Virus record (IMG/VR): IMGVR_UViG_3300037873_000007 | Location: 1 to 46,737 of that record | From: a virus | Taxonomy: Duplodnaviria; Caudoviricetes | Length of the DNA: 46,737 nucleotides | Reading direction: 5' to 3' (one strand) | In this document: one piece after another, positions 1 to 10,092 of the stretch | How positions within the stretch are numbered: position 1 is the first letter of the stretch | Layout of the letters: each line of letters starts with the position of its first letter | The notes under the pieces: model-generated | What the model saw: only the letters and a program-made list of their open reading frames with translations | What the model was told of the DNA's origin: nothing | The model's database searches: none | Program-made: the position numbers and the translations under genes

Positions 1-127
1 CCACAATCAAGGCTCGTTCAGAGGCCATTGAGTCACCTCATCCCGAAGGCCTTGAGAAGGTTGTTGGTCATGCTGGCCCCCATAGCCATGCCGTTCTTCG
101 TCTTCCAGAACCTCTCGTCCCGTCGAG
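1..127. repeat. 127-bp terminal overlap (copy 1), circular-assembly redundancy
   Basis: Identical to 46611-46737; 127 is a common assembler k-mer length. Confidence 0.95.
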
Positions 128-905
128 CCAGGGACATGGTCTCCCCGAGCGACAGAGAGCGATGCTGCTTCTTGTCCGGGTCGTAGGTATCGATGACCTT
201 GAGCCACGGGCCCTTCGTGAGATCGATCCTGTCCGGGTCCAGCTCCAGTTCCTCAGCGATGGTCTGGATGTGCCCGTCGAAGAGATCTCGCATGGTCTTG
301 CCTTCGCTGAGATCCTTGGAGAGATGGGCGTAGCGGGAGGCAGCCTTCTTGGCCAGAGTTGCCCGGAGATCCTCCTCGGTCTTGCGCCCCGTAGCGAGCA
401 GCTGCCCCCACTCATGCTGGTCCCGCTGGCCATAGGGCAGGAAGTACTCGTTGCGGGCCACGTTGCGATACTGGGCCCGGCCGGCCTCGATCGCACCCGC
501 CTGGCGCTGCTTGGGGCTCGTCTTGTAGATCTGGAGGATGGCATTGGTGATCTCGGGGTCATCCGGCGAGAGACCCTTGGAGTTCATGATCTCTGAGATG
601 AAGGCCATCTGCTTGAGAGAGAGGCCAACACCCAGCCGGCCAGCGATCTCTCTGATCGAGCGAGTGCCCTCTGAGCGCTTGGCCTTAGCCGTGCCTGGGT
701 CGTTGTGGATGGTCATCTGCCAGTTGCGCTGAGACGCTGACTGGCCCTTCCACCACTTAGTCCCCATAACCTTGGCCCGGAAGGTGTTCGCTGAGAAGCC
801 TTGGTTGGGGTCGACCGCTTGCTTGAGAAGAGGCCCGAGTTCAGGGTGGTTGAACAGCCATGCCCACTGAGGGAATTCTTCCTTGACGGTGTCGAGAACG
901 CCCAT
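33..905 (-). CDS. Putative internal virion (ejection) protein, 290 aa
   Basis: Long helical-looking ORF coupled to the virion hydrolase gene in the structural operon; function inferred from position only. Confidence 0.6.
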   Translation of the reverse strand: MGVLDTVKEEFPQWAWLFNHPELGPLLKQAVDPNQGFSANTFRAKVMGTKWWKGQSASQRNWQMTIHNDPGTAKAKRSEGTRSIREIAGRLGVGLSLKQMAFISEIMNSKGLSPDDPEITNAILQIYKTSPKQRQAGAIEAGRAQYRNVARNEYFLPYGQRDQHEWGQLLATGRKTEEDLRATLAKKAASRYAHLSKDLSEGKTMRDLFDGHIQTIAEELELDPDRIDLTKGPWLKVIDTYDPDKKQHRSLSLGETMSLARRDERFWKTKNGMAMGASMTNNLLKAFGMR

Positions 906-908
906 GAG

Positions 909-1829
909 TCAATACCAGTTGTTCCGGTTGTGCCACTGGAGAGCGGCCGAAGGCGAACCGTACCTACCTGCGATGTACTCCAGGCCCCAATTGATCTGGC
1001 CCTCAGCTGTGGGCTCGATGGGCCCGTGGATGCTCGTCATCTTCTGAGCAATGCCAGCCGCAGAAGAGGTGGGGTTGTCAGCCTCAGGGTTCCAGTTGCT
1101 CTCACGGTTCCAGAGTTCAATGAGTGCATTGAGTTCCGAGGCGTCCCAGCCATACTTCTGCTGCATGACCTTGAGAGCATACTTCTGGTACTGGCCTGCA
1201 CCGCCGGCCCCGAGAGCAGTCGCTGCTTCCCCGGCGCCCTGCGAGGCTACGCTGATGCCCGAACGGAGTGCATCCTCCATCTCGAACTCGCCAGCGATCT
1301 CGTCGGCGGCCCCCCACATGTCCATCTGATTCATTGGGGCCACATCGCCCCCGTCATTGTTGCCACCGATGATCGACATAATGGCGTTCATGCGGTTGGC
1401 GAGAACGTCCTCGGGGTTGGCTGCCGGGGAGTCCAGCATGTCGAAGTCGAGATTGGGCTGGCCTTCGTAGTCAGCGCCGTCGCCCAGCTCCCAGTGCCAA
1501 GGCTCATGATCCATGGGCTGGAAGAGACCGTGCTGGGGGGCCAGTTGGGAGAGGAGATCCATGTCGCCCGAGAAGTCGATCGCCATGCCCTTCTCGTGGT
1601 GAGAGGTGCCGGGGCGAGCTACCCAGTTGTCGGCAACCTCAGGGTCACCGTACTTGGCGAGCGCTTCCTGCCAGAGACGTTGCTGGTGGGCATTGTCTCG
1701 ATAGCCGGAGGTGAGACCAATGCGACCACCGGAAGCCTGGATGATCTGGATGGCGATCGAGCGGAGAGGCTCCTGAACACCTTCCAGCTTCTCCATCATC
1801 TCCGGGGGAAGGGCAGTTGCAGTGGGCAT
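909..1829 (-). CDS. Virion-associated peptidoglycan hydrolase: VanY/M15 D,D-peptidase fused to lytic transglycosylase (SLT-like)
   Basis: SGYR..Q, VARPGTSHHEKGMAIDF and EPWHW (M15); LWNRESNWNPEADNPTSSAAGIAQ and QINWGLEYIAGRYGSP (SLT). Start ATG 1829 overlaps the upstream stop (TGATG). Confidence 0.9.
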   Translation of the reverse strand: MPTATALPPEMMEKLEGVQEPLRSIAIQIIQASGGRIGLTSGYRDNAHQQRLWQEALAKYGDPEVADNWVARPGTSHHEKGMAIDFSGDMDLLSQLAPQHGLFQPMDHEPWHWELGDGADYEGQPNLDFDMLDSPAANPEDVLANRMNAIMSIIGGNNDGGDVAPMNQMDMWGAADEIAGEFEMEDALRSGISVASQGAGEAATALGAGGAGQYQKYALKVMQQKYGWDASELNALIELWNRESNWNPEADNPTSSAAGIAQKMTSIHGPIEPTAEGQINWGLEYIAGRYGSPSAALQWHNRNNWY

Positions 1830-2659
1830 CAGAACAAGCCTCCCCCGGGTCCCCACTGAGAGAGCAGCTGCTGGAACTCGTTGACGTAGTCGAGACCCTT
1901 CTCCGCTGCGACACGATCAGGGTCCTCGCCCTCAACCTTCGAGAGGATGAAAGCCTCGGGCGAGGGCATGCCTTCAACGTTCTGAGAGGTGCCTTCTGCT
2001 GCATAGGCTTCCTGCTGAGCGGCAATCTCCTGCTGCTGGAATGCGCTCACCATCGAGTTGATCTTGTCCTCGGACCAGCCCTCGCCCCGAGTCTCGATGA
2101 TGGCCTGACGGAAGAGAGGGATCAACTCTTCACGGGGCGTTGTGCGGGTAGGAAGCTTCTCCTGGGCGTTGGGGTCGACAGGCACGATGTTGCCGAACTC
2201 ATCAACCTGGAAGGCGCCCTGAGACTCAGACTTCATCTTGTTGAGAGCGCTCGTCCAGTGGAGACCGTTCTGGTTGGCGTAGGCGAGCAGCTTGTAGAAC
2301 GCAGCCGCCGAAGTCTCATCCCAGACCCTGAACTGAATCGAGGCGCCTGGGGGAAGAAGGCCAACCTCTGCGAGCTGACGCTGGAGATCAGCGATCTGTG
2401 CCGGGCCGAAGTTGGCGGGGAGGAGTTCATCCCCCTCTTGGTACTGAGGCCGGCGTGAGACCGTGCCGCCGCCACCCCAAGGGTCACCGAAGATGTCAGT
2501 GTACTCAGAGATGTCGGTGCGAGCGGTGTAGTCGTCGGGGACGCCGATGTTCTGGGCCGGAGGGGTGTACTCCTCTAGGTCGGGGATGCCAAGAGGGTTG
2601 TCCCCGCCCGAGGGCTCCTCCTGCTCCTGGCTGCTGTAGCGACCCCTGCTCGCCGGCAT
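1829..2659 (-). CDS. Putative internal virion protein, 276 aa
   Basis: Coupled between the 1588-aa gene and the hydrolase gene. Confidence 0.6.
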   Translation of the reverse strand: MPASRGRYSSQEQEEPSGGDNPLGIPDLEEYTPPAQNIGVPDDYTARTDISEYTDIFGDPWGGGGTVSRRPQYQEGDELLPANFGPAQIADLQRQLAEVGLLPPGASIQFRVWDETSAAAFYKLLAYANQNGLHWTSALNKMKSESQGAFQVDEFGNIVPVDPNAQEKLPTRTTPREELIPLFRQAIIETRGEGWSEDKINSMVSAFQQQEIAAQQEAYAAEGTSQNVEGMPSPEAFILSKVEGEDPDRVAAEKGLDYVNEFQQLLSQWGPGGGLF

Positions 2660-5600
2660 CTACCCCTCCACCAGCTCCTCGGACTCGACGTGAGTCTCTC
2701 GGGACAGAACGATATCCCATGTGAGCTGGAAGTCAGGGTGTCGCTCCATGATGGCCTGGGCGACGTTGTTCAACCAGATGCGAACAGGCTCGGTATCTCG
2801 TGAACGAGAGAATGAGGTGCGACCGGGGATCTGTGAGACATACTCCATGGCCTGGTCCCGATACTGGAGATAGAGCTGAATCCCCTTGCCGGCATCGGTC
2901 GACATCGCCACTTCATCATCGAGAGTCTTGTAGAGTTCTGCGATCAAGTCCTCTGTGTCGGGCTTCTCGGCGAGACCGGTAGGGCCCGAGGGGTACAGCT
3001 CCATGATCTTCTGCCGGGCCTGGCGGAGATAGTCCGTGGCAGCTTGGTCGGTGCGGGAGCCAACCCTCTTCTTGTAGAGATCGTAGAGATAGTCGCCCCG
3101 GGTGGCGTTGGCGAGGTTGAGCCACTGGGCCGGCGTAATGTCTTGCCGGTCGTTGTCGACGAACGAGCCGATGTAGACGTCGTAGTCGAACTTGTGGTCC
3201 TCATCCTGGGGCAGAAAGAAACCATACGTGGAGGGGAAGTCATTCTTGAGTTCCGGGTTGGTGAGGATGAAGTTCTGGGCCTCTTGGGTCCTCGGAATGC
3301 CATACGTCGACGAACCCGACTTGGGAATGACTGAGAGGATGGCGTTCTCGCCGTACTGCTCCATGAAGAGTTGGGCGGCGTTCTCGTAGTCCGTCTCCTG
3401 CAACTCGTGGAACTCCTCAACCAGGACCGAGGTGGCCAGGAGGCGCCCCGACTTGTCCTCGGTGAGGAAGCGGAAGCTGGGGGTTGTCGGCGAGAACGTC
3501 TGGGCGAAGGAGCGGATGTAGTAGAGATCTCGGGCCGCCCGCTTGGCGTCATGGGTGAGCTGCTGCATGCCCGAGCGGGTAGTGGTGTCGTACTCCCCCG
3601 TCGAGTACAGGTAGGCCATGGCGTCCTTCTGGGCATTGCCCCAGAGACGCTGGTCGTAACCGCCGTTCGAGGCAGCATCGAAGGCCCGTCGCATCCACGG
3701 AGGTGCGTAGGAGAGGAGCTGAGTGATGTCCGAGGGCTCACGCTCACCGGGGGCCCCATAGGGAAGGAGGAGATCCTTGACGCCCTGGAACTGAGGCTTG
3801 TTCTGGATCATCCAGGCCACCGGGATAGCTGCTACAGGCCCGAGACCAGGCACGATCGAGCCGACCATGTTGAGGCCCTGAACGCTGCCGGTGAGAGGCA
3901 CGGGCACACCTGAGATGGACTGCGTGAGCCACTGTGAGCCAGGGATCACGAAGACTTCCTGGTCGTGCTGGTCCTTGAAGAAGAAGCCCTGCTGCGTGCC
4001 ATCGGCATCGAGCGGGGCCCCCATCAGCTCGCCGAACTCCGACCCCCTGGCACCTTCGAGCAGCTGGTCGGCCCGACGAAGCAGCTTGAGAGATCCGACG
4101 ATGCGCCCGGTCGCTCCGGGCCCGCCGATGTCGGTGAGGAGGCGGCCCCATGCCCCGAAGATCTCCTGATAGGCATTGCCGAACGGGGCGATGATACGAG
4201 CAGCGTCGGCCAACTGTCCCTTCTCGTTGAGATCGTAGAGAAGACGCTTCGAGGAGTCGACGGCGTAGCCCTTGGCGAGGAAGGTGAGTTCATCTTGAGC
4301 GAGAGTGCCCTTGCCTGGGGCCCGCTTGGCTGCCCTCTGGAGACCCCGCATCATGCGCTGAGGAAGGTTGGCCTGTGCGGCGTTGGCGAGGATAGCGGCC
4401 CGAGCTGCGTCGTCAGCGAAGGGGAGGAGTTCGATGGTGTGCTGCCAGAGATACTGCTTGAAGGTCGGCGCACGGTCCCAGAGGTTGTCGGCGAAGCCCA
4501 TGGTCATGGCGAACATGGAGTCAACGGCCCGATTCCAGCGGTCGTAGAACTGGTGCCCGGCTGACTGAAAGTCGACTTCGAGACCCTTCACAGCATCAGG
4601 GGCCGAGCCCATGTGAGCATCGAGAGCTTTGACGAACTTCGGGTTGGTCTGGTTGACGTTAGCGATGAGAGGCGTCCCGTCAGCCATCTTGCCCGTCTTG
4701 AGAGCCTCGATGAGCGCTGTGTCGCCACCGGTCTTGATAGTGATGCGGCGAGAGATCGAGTGGAGGTAGTCCTGGATCTGCTGGTGCGACTGGAGATTAC
4801 CGGGGTGCGAAGCCCGGAGCATATCGAGATGCTTGCGGCCGTCGTCGGCGACCAGAAGCCACCGCTCAGTCTCGTTGATACCATTGTTGAGGATGAACTT
4901 GGAGATCGGGTCGTAGCTGAGTTCCGTGAGTTCGTTGGCCCATGCACCACGGAAGCGGGAAGAGAACTCAGGCCGGTTAGGAATGGGAACTGGGCGGGAG
5001 CTGGAGACGACTCCGGGGCGAGACAGCCACCCGCCATGGCCCTGGGTGAGACTGTTGCGGAACTCGTCCAGCTCGGTGATCGTGATGCCGCTCGGGTCGA
5101 TCGAGCCCCTCTTGCCTAGTGCCCAGCCAAAGTAGGCGAGAGGGTGATGAAACATGGAGTCCAGGCCGGCGGTCGCCATACGCAGCTGAGATTCTCCGAC
5201 GACCCTGGTGATCCACGCTGGGAAACGCCCGAGCAGGGTAGAGGTCTTCCAGATCTCCTGCGTGAGGAAATCCATGGCAGCGATCGGGAACCTGTTCTGC
5301 CCGAAGGAGCCCGGGGACTTCGTAGTGGTGAGGATGCGGGTGCCTGGGTTGGAGGTGAGACGTCGGATCTTGCGGGCGTCAGGAAGAGGAACGTAGCGGG
5401 CGAGGTGCTCGGTGACGAGATGGGGCCCGGGGACGTCGGTCATCTGACCGTTTACCTGCATCTTGGTCCACACGGGGACGTCCGAGGCCACCTCATCGAC
5501 GAAGCCGGCGAGGTGCTCCCCGTACGTTTCCCGGAAGAGTGTCGTGAGAGAACGGGCGTGCTCCTGGGTGACGCCGTACTGGACGAGAACACCTGCCTCG

Positions 5601-7426
5601 TGCTCCATGGCCTTGGTAGCGGCGGCGAGAAGTCCACCCCGGCCCGGGGAGCGGGCGATGTCGTTGAGGACTTCTTCCTGCAACTCGATGGGCACCTTGG
5701 CGTTGACCATGTGCCGCTCAAGCTGTACCGCAAACACACGGGGGTTCTGGGTGTCAGCCTGAGACTGAGGCATCCAGCGCAGGAGACGAGACTGCGAGAT
5801 ACGGGGGCTGAGGTTGTTCAACGCCCCGACCATCGGGTTATCAGAGAAGTCGTGGGCCAGGTTACGGGTGGCGGCCTTCATCTCCGTAGTCGAGCGAATC
5901 TGGGGCCCGAGGAGACCTTCAAGGAGGTTGCGAGTGTCAGCCGTGGTGCGGGTGTCAGCGAACTGGGCGGCGACTTCGGGGTCGATGCGCCGGTTCATGG
6001 CGATCCAGACACGGGCCGGAGAGGTTTCGTTGGTGAGAGCTTCGATGGCCCGTTGACCCTTCCTGCCATTGAGCCACGTGGCAGCCGTGGGCCCATGGAC
6101 AGTTCTCCGGAGACCGTTGACGAGCCCTGCTTCGACGTGGAAGGCATCCTCGACTTCAAACAGGGCCCGGGCCTTGCGAATCCTGCCGATCTTCCCGAGG
6201 GCAAGAGTCGACGGGTCAGCGAGAGCAACACCGGCATCCACGGTCCCGGAGAGGATTGCGAAGGGCTTCGTGTCAGGCTCGGTGACAGTGTCGGCGAGGA
6301 AGCGGCCGATGGTGATGTTGTGGCCGCCGATGAGACCACGCTTGGCTTCCCGGTCCCTACGCTCACGGGCCACCTCGGACTCGGGGTCGACGAAGAACCC
6401 ACGGCCAGCGGAGATCGGGCGGCCTTGCTGAGCTGCACCCAGCACTACACCGAGATCTGACTGAGACTCGGTCCAGTTGACTGGCTTGCCCCTGACAGCG
6501 CCGATGACGTTGCGGAACTGGCCCTGGATTTCCTGGGCTGGTGCATCCATGAGGATCGTTGCCGGGCGTGTGAGGATGCCGGCGGCGGCGAAGGGGTTCT
6601 CGGGGTCGATGGGGACGCCGGCCTGCTGGAGACCCTCAATGGTCTGGGGGTCGGGTCGTCGTACGAGCTTGTTCACGGGCCCGGCATCGACTCGTGCTCC
6701 AGCGAAGACACCCCCACCTGGAGATGAGGTACGGGCCTGGGGGAAGAGTTCTTCATCGATGTAGGTACGCTCACCTGAGGGCTTCCAGAGGCCCATGCGC
6801 TCGTTCTCTTCACCCCACCTCTCATCGGCGTTGATGAAAGGCAGTGCGACGTTCTCGTCGGCGAAGGCTTCCTTGAGACGCTCGAAAGCACGACCCTTGC
6901 GGGTGAGAGTATTGCGGGGCCGCTGGGCCAGCCCCTTCTCGTCATCGATGACGATCTTGGAGGCGTTCACTGCGGACCGGAGATTCGGATGCTCGGCCAG
7001 AATGTCGTCCATTGAGGCCCATCCCATGCCACCGAGTTCTTCCCGCTGCTTCTGCTCGGCCATGCCCCGGATAGCGAACCCTGCTCGGGCACCCAGTGTC
7101 CCGCCCGGTGAGAGCGCAGAGACCTTGATAGCGCCCCCGAAGGAGTTATCGAGCTTGGCCTGCGCTGCGAGGGCGTTGTCGTGCCATTCCTCGAACAGGG
7201 CCAGGTTGGAGATCTGCTCGATGCGGGGGTCAGTCGGGGGAATACCCGCTCGACTCAGGCTCAGGTTCACGCCGGCAGGCATCCACGGCGTGTTCCGGGC
7301 GTAGGAGGAGACCATCTGGGCCGTCTGCGGAGTGAACTGCGAGGCGGCCTGCTGGAGGCGTTCCTGTCGAGCCTGATAGGCGTAGAGATCGATGATCTCC
7401 GCTACAGGGTCGTTGAAGTACGGCAC
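2660..7426 (-). CDS. Large internal virion/ejection protein, 1588 aa
   Basis: Largest ORF; lies downstream of portal next to a virion PG hydrolase, as podoviral ejection proteins do; no tape-measure-like repeats seen. Confidence 0.7.
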   Translation of the reverse strand: MPYFNDPVAEIIDLYAYQARQERLQQAASQFTPQTAQMVSSYARNTPWMPAGVNLSLSRAGIPPTDPRIEQISNLALFEEWHDNALAAQAKLDNSFGGAIKVSALSPGGTLGARAGFAIRGMAEQKQREELGGMGWASMDDILAEHPNLRSAVNASKIVIDDEKGLAQRPRNTLTRKGRAFERLKEAFADENVALPFINADERWGEENERMGLWKPSGERTYIDEELFPQARTSSPGGGVFAGARVDAGPVNKLVRRPDPQTIEGLQQAGVPIDPENPFAAAGILTRPATILMDAPAQEIQGQFRNVIGAVRGKPVNWTESQSDLGVVLGAAQQGRPISAGRGFFVDPESEVARERRDREAKRGLIGGHNITIGRFLADTVTEPDTKPFAILSGTVDAGVALADPSTLALGKIGRIRKARALFEVEDAFHVEAGLVNGLRRTVHGPTAATWLNGRKGQRAIEALTNETSPARVWIAMNRRIDPEVAAQFADTRTTADTRNLLEGLLGPQIRSTTEMKAATRNLAHDFSDNPMVGALNNLSPRISQSRLLRWMPQSQADTQNPRVFAVQLERHMVNAKVPIELQEEVLNDIARSPGRGGLLAAATKAMEHEAGVLVQYGVTQEHARSLTTLFRETYGEHLAGFVDEVASDVPVWTKMQVNGQMTDVPGPHLVTEHLARYVPLPDARKIRRLTSNPGTRILTTTKSPGSFGQNRFPIAAMDFLTQEIWKTSTLLGRFPAWITRVVGESQLRMATAGLDSMFHHPLAYFGWALGKRGSIDPSGITITELDEFRNSLTQGHGGWLSRPGVVSSSRPVPIPNRPEFSSRFRGAWANELTELSYDPISKFILNNGINETERWLLVADDGRKHLDMLRASHPGNLQSHQQIQDYLHSISRRITIKTGGDTALIEALKTGKMADGTPLIANVNQTNPKFVKALDAHMGSAPDAVKGLEVDFQSAGHQFYDRWNRAVDSMFAMTMGFADNLWDRAPTFKQYLWQHTIELLPFADDAARAAILANAAQANLPQRMMRGLQRAAKRAPGKGTLAQDELTFLAKGYAVDSSKRLLYDLNEKGQLADAARIIAPFGNAYQEIFGAWGRLLTDIGGPGATGRIVGSLKLLRRADQLLEGARGSEFGELMGAPLDADGTQQGFFFKDQHDQEVFVIPGSQWLTQSISGVPVPLTGSVQGLNMVGSIVPGLGPVAAIPVAWMIQNKPQFQGVKDLLLPYGAPGEREPSDITQLLSYAPPWMRRAFDAASNGGYDQRLWGNAQKDAMAYLYSTGEYDTTTRSGMQQLTHDAKRAARDLYYIRSFAQTFSPTTPSFRFLTEDKSGRLLATSVLVEEFHELQETDYENAAQLFMEQYGENAILSVIPKSGSSTYGIPRTQEAQNFILTNPELKNDFPSTYGFFLPQDEDHKFDYDVYIGSFVDNDRQDITPAQWLNLANATRGDYLYDLYKKRVGSRTDQAATDYLRQARQKIMELYPSGPTGLAEKPDTEDLIAELYKTLDDEVAMSTDAGKGIQLYLQYRDQAMEYVSQIPGRTSFSRSRDTEPVRIWLNNVAQAIMERHPDFQLTWDIVLSRETHVESEELVEG

Positions 7427-7438
7427 GGGCTCACAGGA

Positions 7439-7510
7439 TCAGAACACGAAGACGAGCACGAGCACGAGAGCCACGAGGGCGACGACGAGAGCGAGTTGAG
7501 AAGTGGTCAC
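7439..7510 (-). CDS. 23-aa hydrophobic membrane peptide (MTTSQLALVVALVALVLVLVFVF)
   Basis: GTG start overlaps the upstream stop (GTGA); fills the gap; single TM segment; below the ORF-track size cutoff. Confidence 0.55.
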   Translation of the reverse strand: MTTSQLALVVALVALVLVLVFVF

Positions 7511-7875
7511 AGGTTCATCTCCGTCCTCTCGATGAGGCGCCTGACATCCTCATCATGAAACATGCCGTACACAAGCCGAAGAAGAGAAAGGGACTCCGGA
7601 CCAAATGGGCCAGTGAGAAGTGCGTCAGGACCAGCACCAGGCCCAACAGCGAGACCAGCGGTAACAGGCTCATCAGGGTAAGCACTGGGATCTTCCAGAG
7701 CAGGGACTTCCCCGGGGCCAAGACGTCCTGGAAGAGGGACCCTGGAGCCAGACTGAGACGCAGCCGTTGGAGAGCCGGCCATGGGCTGGACTGCCTGGGC
7801 CTGTTCCGAGGACTTGCGCTGGCCGTAGGGCAGGCCCGGGGGGACCGAGACGGCCTGAGTTGGTGCATCACTCAT
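7507..7875 (-). CDS. Hypothetical virion-region protein, 122 aa
   Basis: GGGAGG RBS; Pro/Gly-rich with PDEPVTAGLAVGPGAGP. Confidence 0.7.
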   Translation of the reverse strand: MSDAPTQAVSVPPGLPYGQRKSSEQAQAVQPMAGSPTAASQSGSRVPLPGRLGPGEVPALEDPSAYPDEPVTAGLAVGPGAGPDALLTGPFGPESLSLLRLVYGMFHDEDVRRLIERTEMNL

Positions 7876-7898
7876 CGATCCTCCCTGGGCCTACTGAG

Positions 7899-8168
7899 TC
7901 AGTTGCCGCCGTGGGCCTTGCCGCCGCCTCGCTTGCCCCAGTTCTGCTTCGGGGTCGGCATCTTGGTCACCTTGGCGGCGGGGCGACCAGCGGCCTTGCC
8001 CTTCACGCCGGGGATGGTCGACTTGGCCACCCGAGGACGGGGTCGGCTGCCCGTGGGGGTCTTGTTGGCGGACCGGCCTGGGGCCCGACCGGTGTTGGCC
8101 TGGTTGTAGCTCGGGCTGTGATCGGTGGCCACGGTGGGCCGGGGACGTGAGCCAGTCTGCTTGCCCAT
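7899..8168 (-). CDS. Small Lys/Arg-rich basic protein, 89 aa
   Basis: ATG 8168 preceded by GAGGGAGG; TGSRPRP occurs twice; very basic. Confidence 0.7.
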   Translation of the reverse strand: MGKQTGSRPRPTVATDHSPSYNQANTGRAPGRSANKTPTGSRPRPRVAKSTIPGVKGKAAGRPAAKVTKMPTPKQNWGKRGGGKAHGGN

Positions 8169-8205
8169 GTGGGCCTCCCTCTTCGGACTATCGGTAGGGG
8201 CGAGT

Positions 8206-10092
8206 CTATGCGCCGGCCGCACGTTGGCGAGTGCGATCAACCGTCCCACCCTGCCCGAGCTGACCCAAGAGAGCCGTGAGGTTCTGGAGAGACGGGCCCT
8301 GCTCGGGGATCGAGGTGGGCTGCTCGACGCCCTGGCCGGGGAGACTCATACCGGGCTGGGCTTGTGCCGGGGTCTGGGCCACAGTCGCCTGCTCCTCCTG
8401 CACCTGGGCCTGGAGAGCGATCATGGCCTCATACGGGTCCATACCCTTGGCCAACATCTGGTCGAACCGGGCAATGTGGACGGGCTGCCAGGGGCCTTCG
8501 GGGTTGGCTGCGAGAGCCTGGATGGACGAGAGGAAGGCCACTAAGACGGCCTCACGCACGATCTGCTGCTGCTCGGCGTCAGCATCAGGGATGAACGGGT
8601 CGATCTGCATGAACCGGTATCGGCTCATGGTGTTCATGGCAATCCGCTGCCCACCGACGACAGGGAGCTGGTCGACATCCACACCGTTGATCGGGTATTC
8701 GACCAGGTGCTTAGAGTTGTTCCAGAGAGCGGCCGGGGAGTAGCTCACCTCGCCCTGCCATGCTCGGGTCATGATGAAGATCTTCTTCGTGGTGGGCAGG
8801 CCGGTGCCGGGGTCGTAGTCCTGGAAGTAGCCCTTGTCGATGGCGATGGCCACCTCGTTCTCGTGGCGTAGAGACTTGGCGAAGATGTCCTGGGCCTGAG
8901 CGATCGTGAAGTTGATGGCGGCCCCCATCACCTGAGCGCCCCGTCGACCAGTGCGGACATTGTCTGACTGAGACATGCCTCCGAACTCGGCAGGGAGGCC
9001 GGCGTCCTGGTGGATGTGGTGCTCGATGCGGTCCTGGAGCTGCTCGGCCCGGTAAGAAGGGTCGAGATCCTGGCGCTCGATCTTGCCACCTCTGATCTGA
9101 CCAGGCGTGCCCGAGGCCGGGTCCGGGATAGTGACGACGTCGACCTGCTCGTTGGGGTTGGAGACAGCCCACTCTCGGGCCCAGATCGAGCGGCGCTGAG
9201 CGATGACGCCCATGGCCATGAAGGCAGCCTGGGCCTGGTACATGCCAATAATGCCGTCGTACTCACCGAGGGTCTTGTCGAGATTGACTGAGCCGGGCAC
9301 GACTGCCAGTGGGTGGCAAGCGAAGTTGTCGAAGCCGCCAAGCATCTCTGCATTGGTGCCATAGGCGGCCTCGCCGTAGTAGGGGTCACCGACGACATCG
9401 GGGGCGATCAAGATGAGGCAGCAGTAGTAGGCGTCGCAGTACTCCAGGACGTCGAACATCATCTCGGAGTTGTCCTGGCCCGGGTCGTAGTTGAAGGGCT
9501 TCTTGATGCGCCCGAGCTGATCTGGGAAGCGCTTCTCCAGCCAGGCATAGGAGTGGCGCTGCACGAAGATGCAGTCGGAAGGCAAGTAGTCGTTGAACTC
9601 GATCTCAGCAGGGAAGGTCTGGAGAGGATGGCGGGCGTACCACTTGGGGTACTCCTGGCCCGTACGGGGATCGTGGAAGGGCTTGAGGACGACAGGGGTG
9701 CATCCATAGGCGAGGAGTCTCATGCCCCGCTGGATGCGATGGATGCGGAGATCGTTCTCGTAGTGCCACGAAGAGGAGATGAGACGTCGGTTGCGAGTGG
9801 CCTTCTCGGAAGTTTCCACACCGGGCCGGAGAACTGGCCAGGTGCAGACAGGGTCGGTAGAGGCGATGCGGGCCCCCATCTGCTTCATGCCCCGTTGGGC
9901 GAGGTTGGCGACCATGGGCCGCTCCGACTCGGTCAGCTCGGGGAGAGGCACGACCATGTCGTTGTTCATGACGGCCTGGATCTCCCTGATGCGCTGGAGA
10001 TCTTCCCCCTGGGCGGACCGTCGGTGCTGGTAGGTGGCCCAGATCTCGTCGGCGGTCGGCCGGCGGTAGGAGTGGTACGCAGCCAGTGTCAT
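8206..10092 (-). CDS. Portal protein, 628 aa
   Basis: Immediately follows terminase with ATGA overlap (10089-10092); portal-like size with Q/P-rich C-terminal tail. Confidence 0.8.
   Translation of the reverse strand: MTLAAYHSYRRPTADEIWATYQHRRSAQGEDLQRIREIQAVMNNDMVVPLPELTESERPMVANLAQRGMKQMGARIASTDPVCTWPVLRPGVETSEKATRNRRLISSSWHYENDLRIHRIQRGMRLLAYGCTPVVLKPFHDPRTGQEYPKWYARHPLQTFPAEIEFNDYLPSDCIFVQRHSYAWLEKRFPDQLGRIKKPFNYDPGQDNSEMMFDVLEYCDAYYCCLILIAPDVVGDPYYGEAAYGTNAEMLGGFDNFACHPLAVVPGSVNLDKTLGEYDGIIGMYQAQAAFMAMGVIAQRRSIWAREWAVSNPNEQVDVVTIPDPASGTPGQIRGGKIERQDLDPSYRAEQLQDRIEHHIHQDAGLPAEFGGMSQSDNVRTGRRGAQVMGAAINFTIAQAQDIFAKSLRHENEVAIAIDKGYFQDYDPGTGLPTTKKIFIMTRAWQGEVSYSPAALWNNSKHLVEYPINGVDVDQLPVVGGQRIAMNTMSRYRFMQIDPFIPDADAEQQQIVREAVLVAFLSSIQALAANPEGPWQPVHIARFDQMLAKGMDPYEAMIALQAQVQEEQATVAQTPAQAQPGMSLPGQGVEQPTSIPEQGPSLQNLTALLGQLGQGGTVDRTRQRAAGA

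Noticed and set aside
1-127. Terminal 127-bp repeat as a biological direct terminal repeat
   Set aside because: Length matches a typical assembler k-mer and the repeat falls within coding sequence; best read as circular overlap
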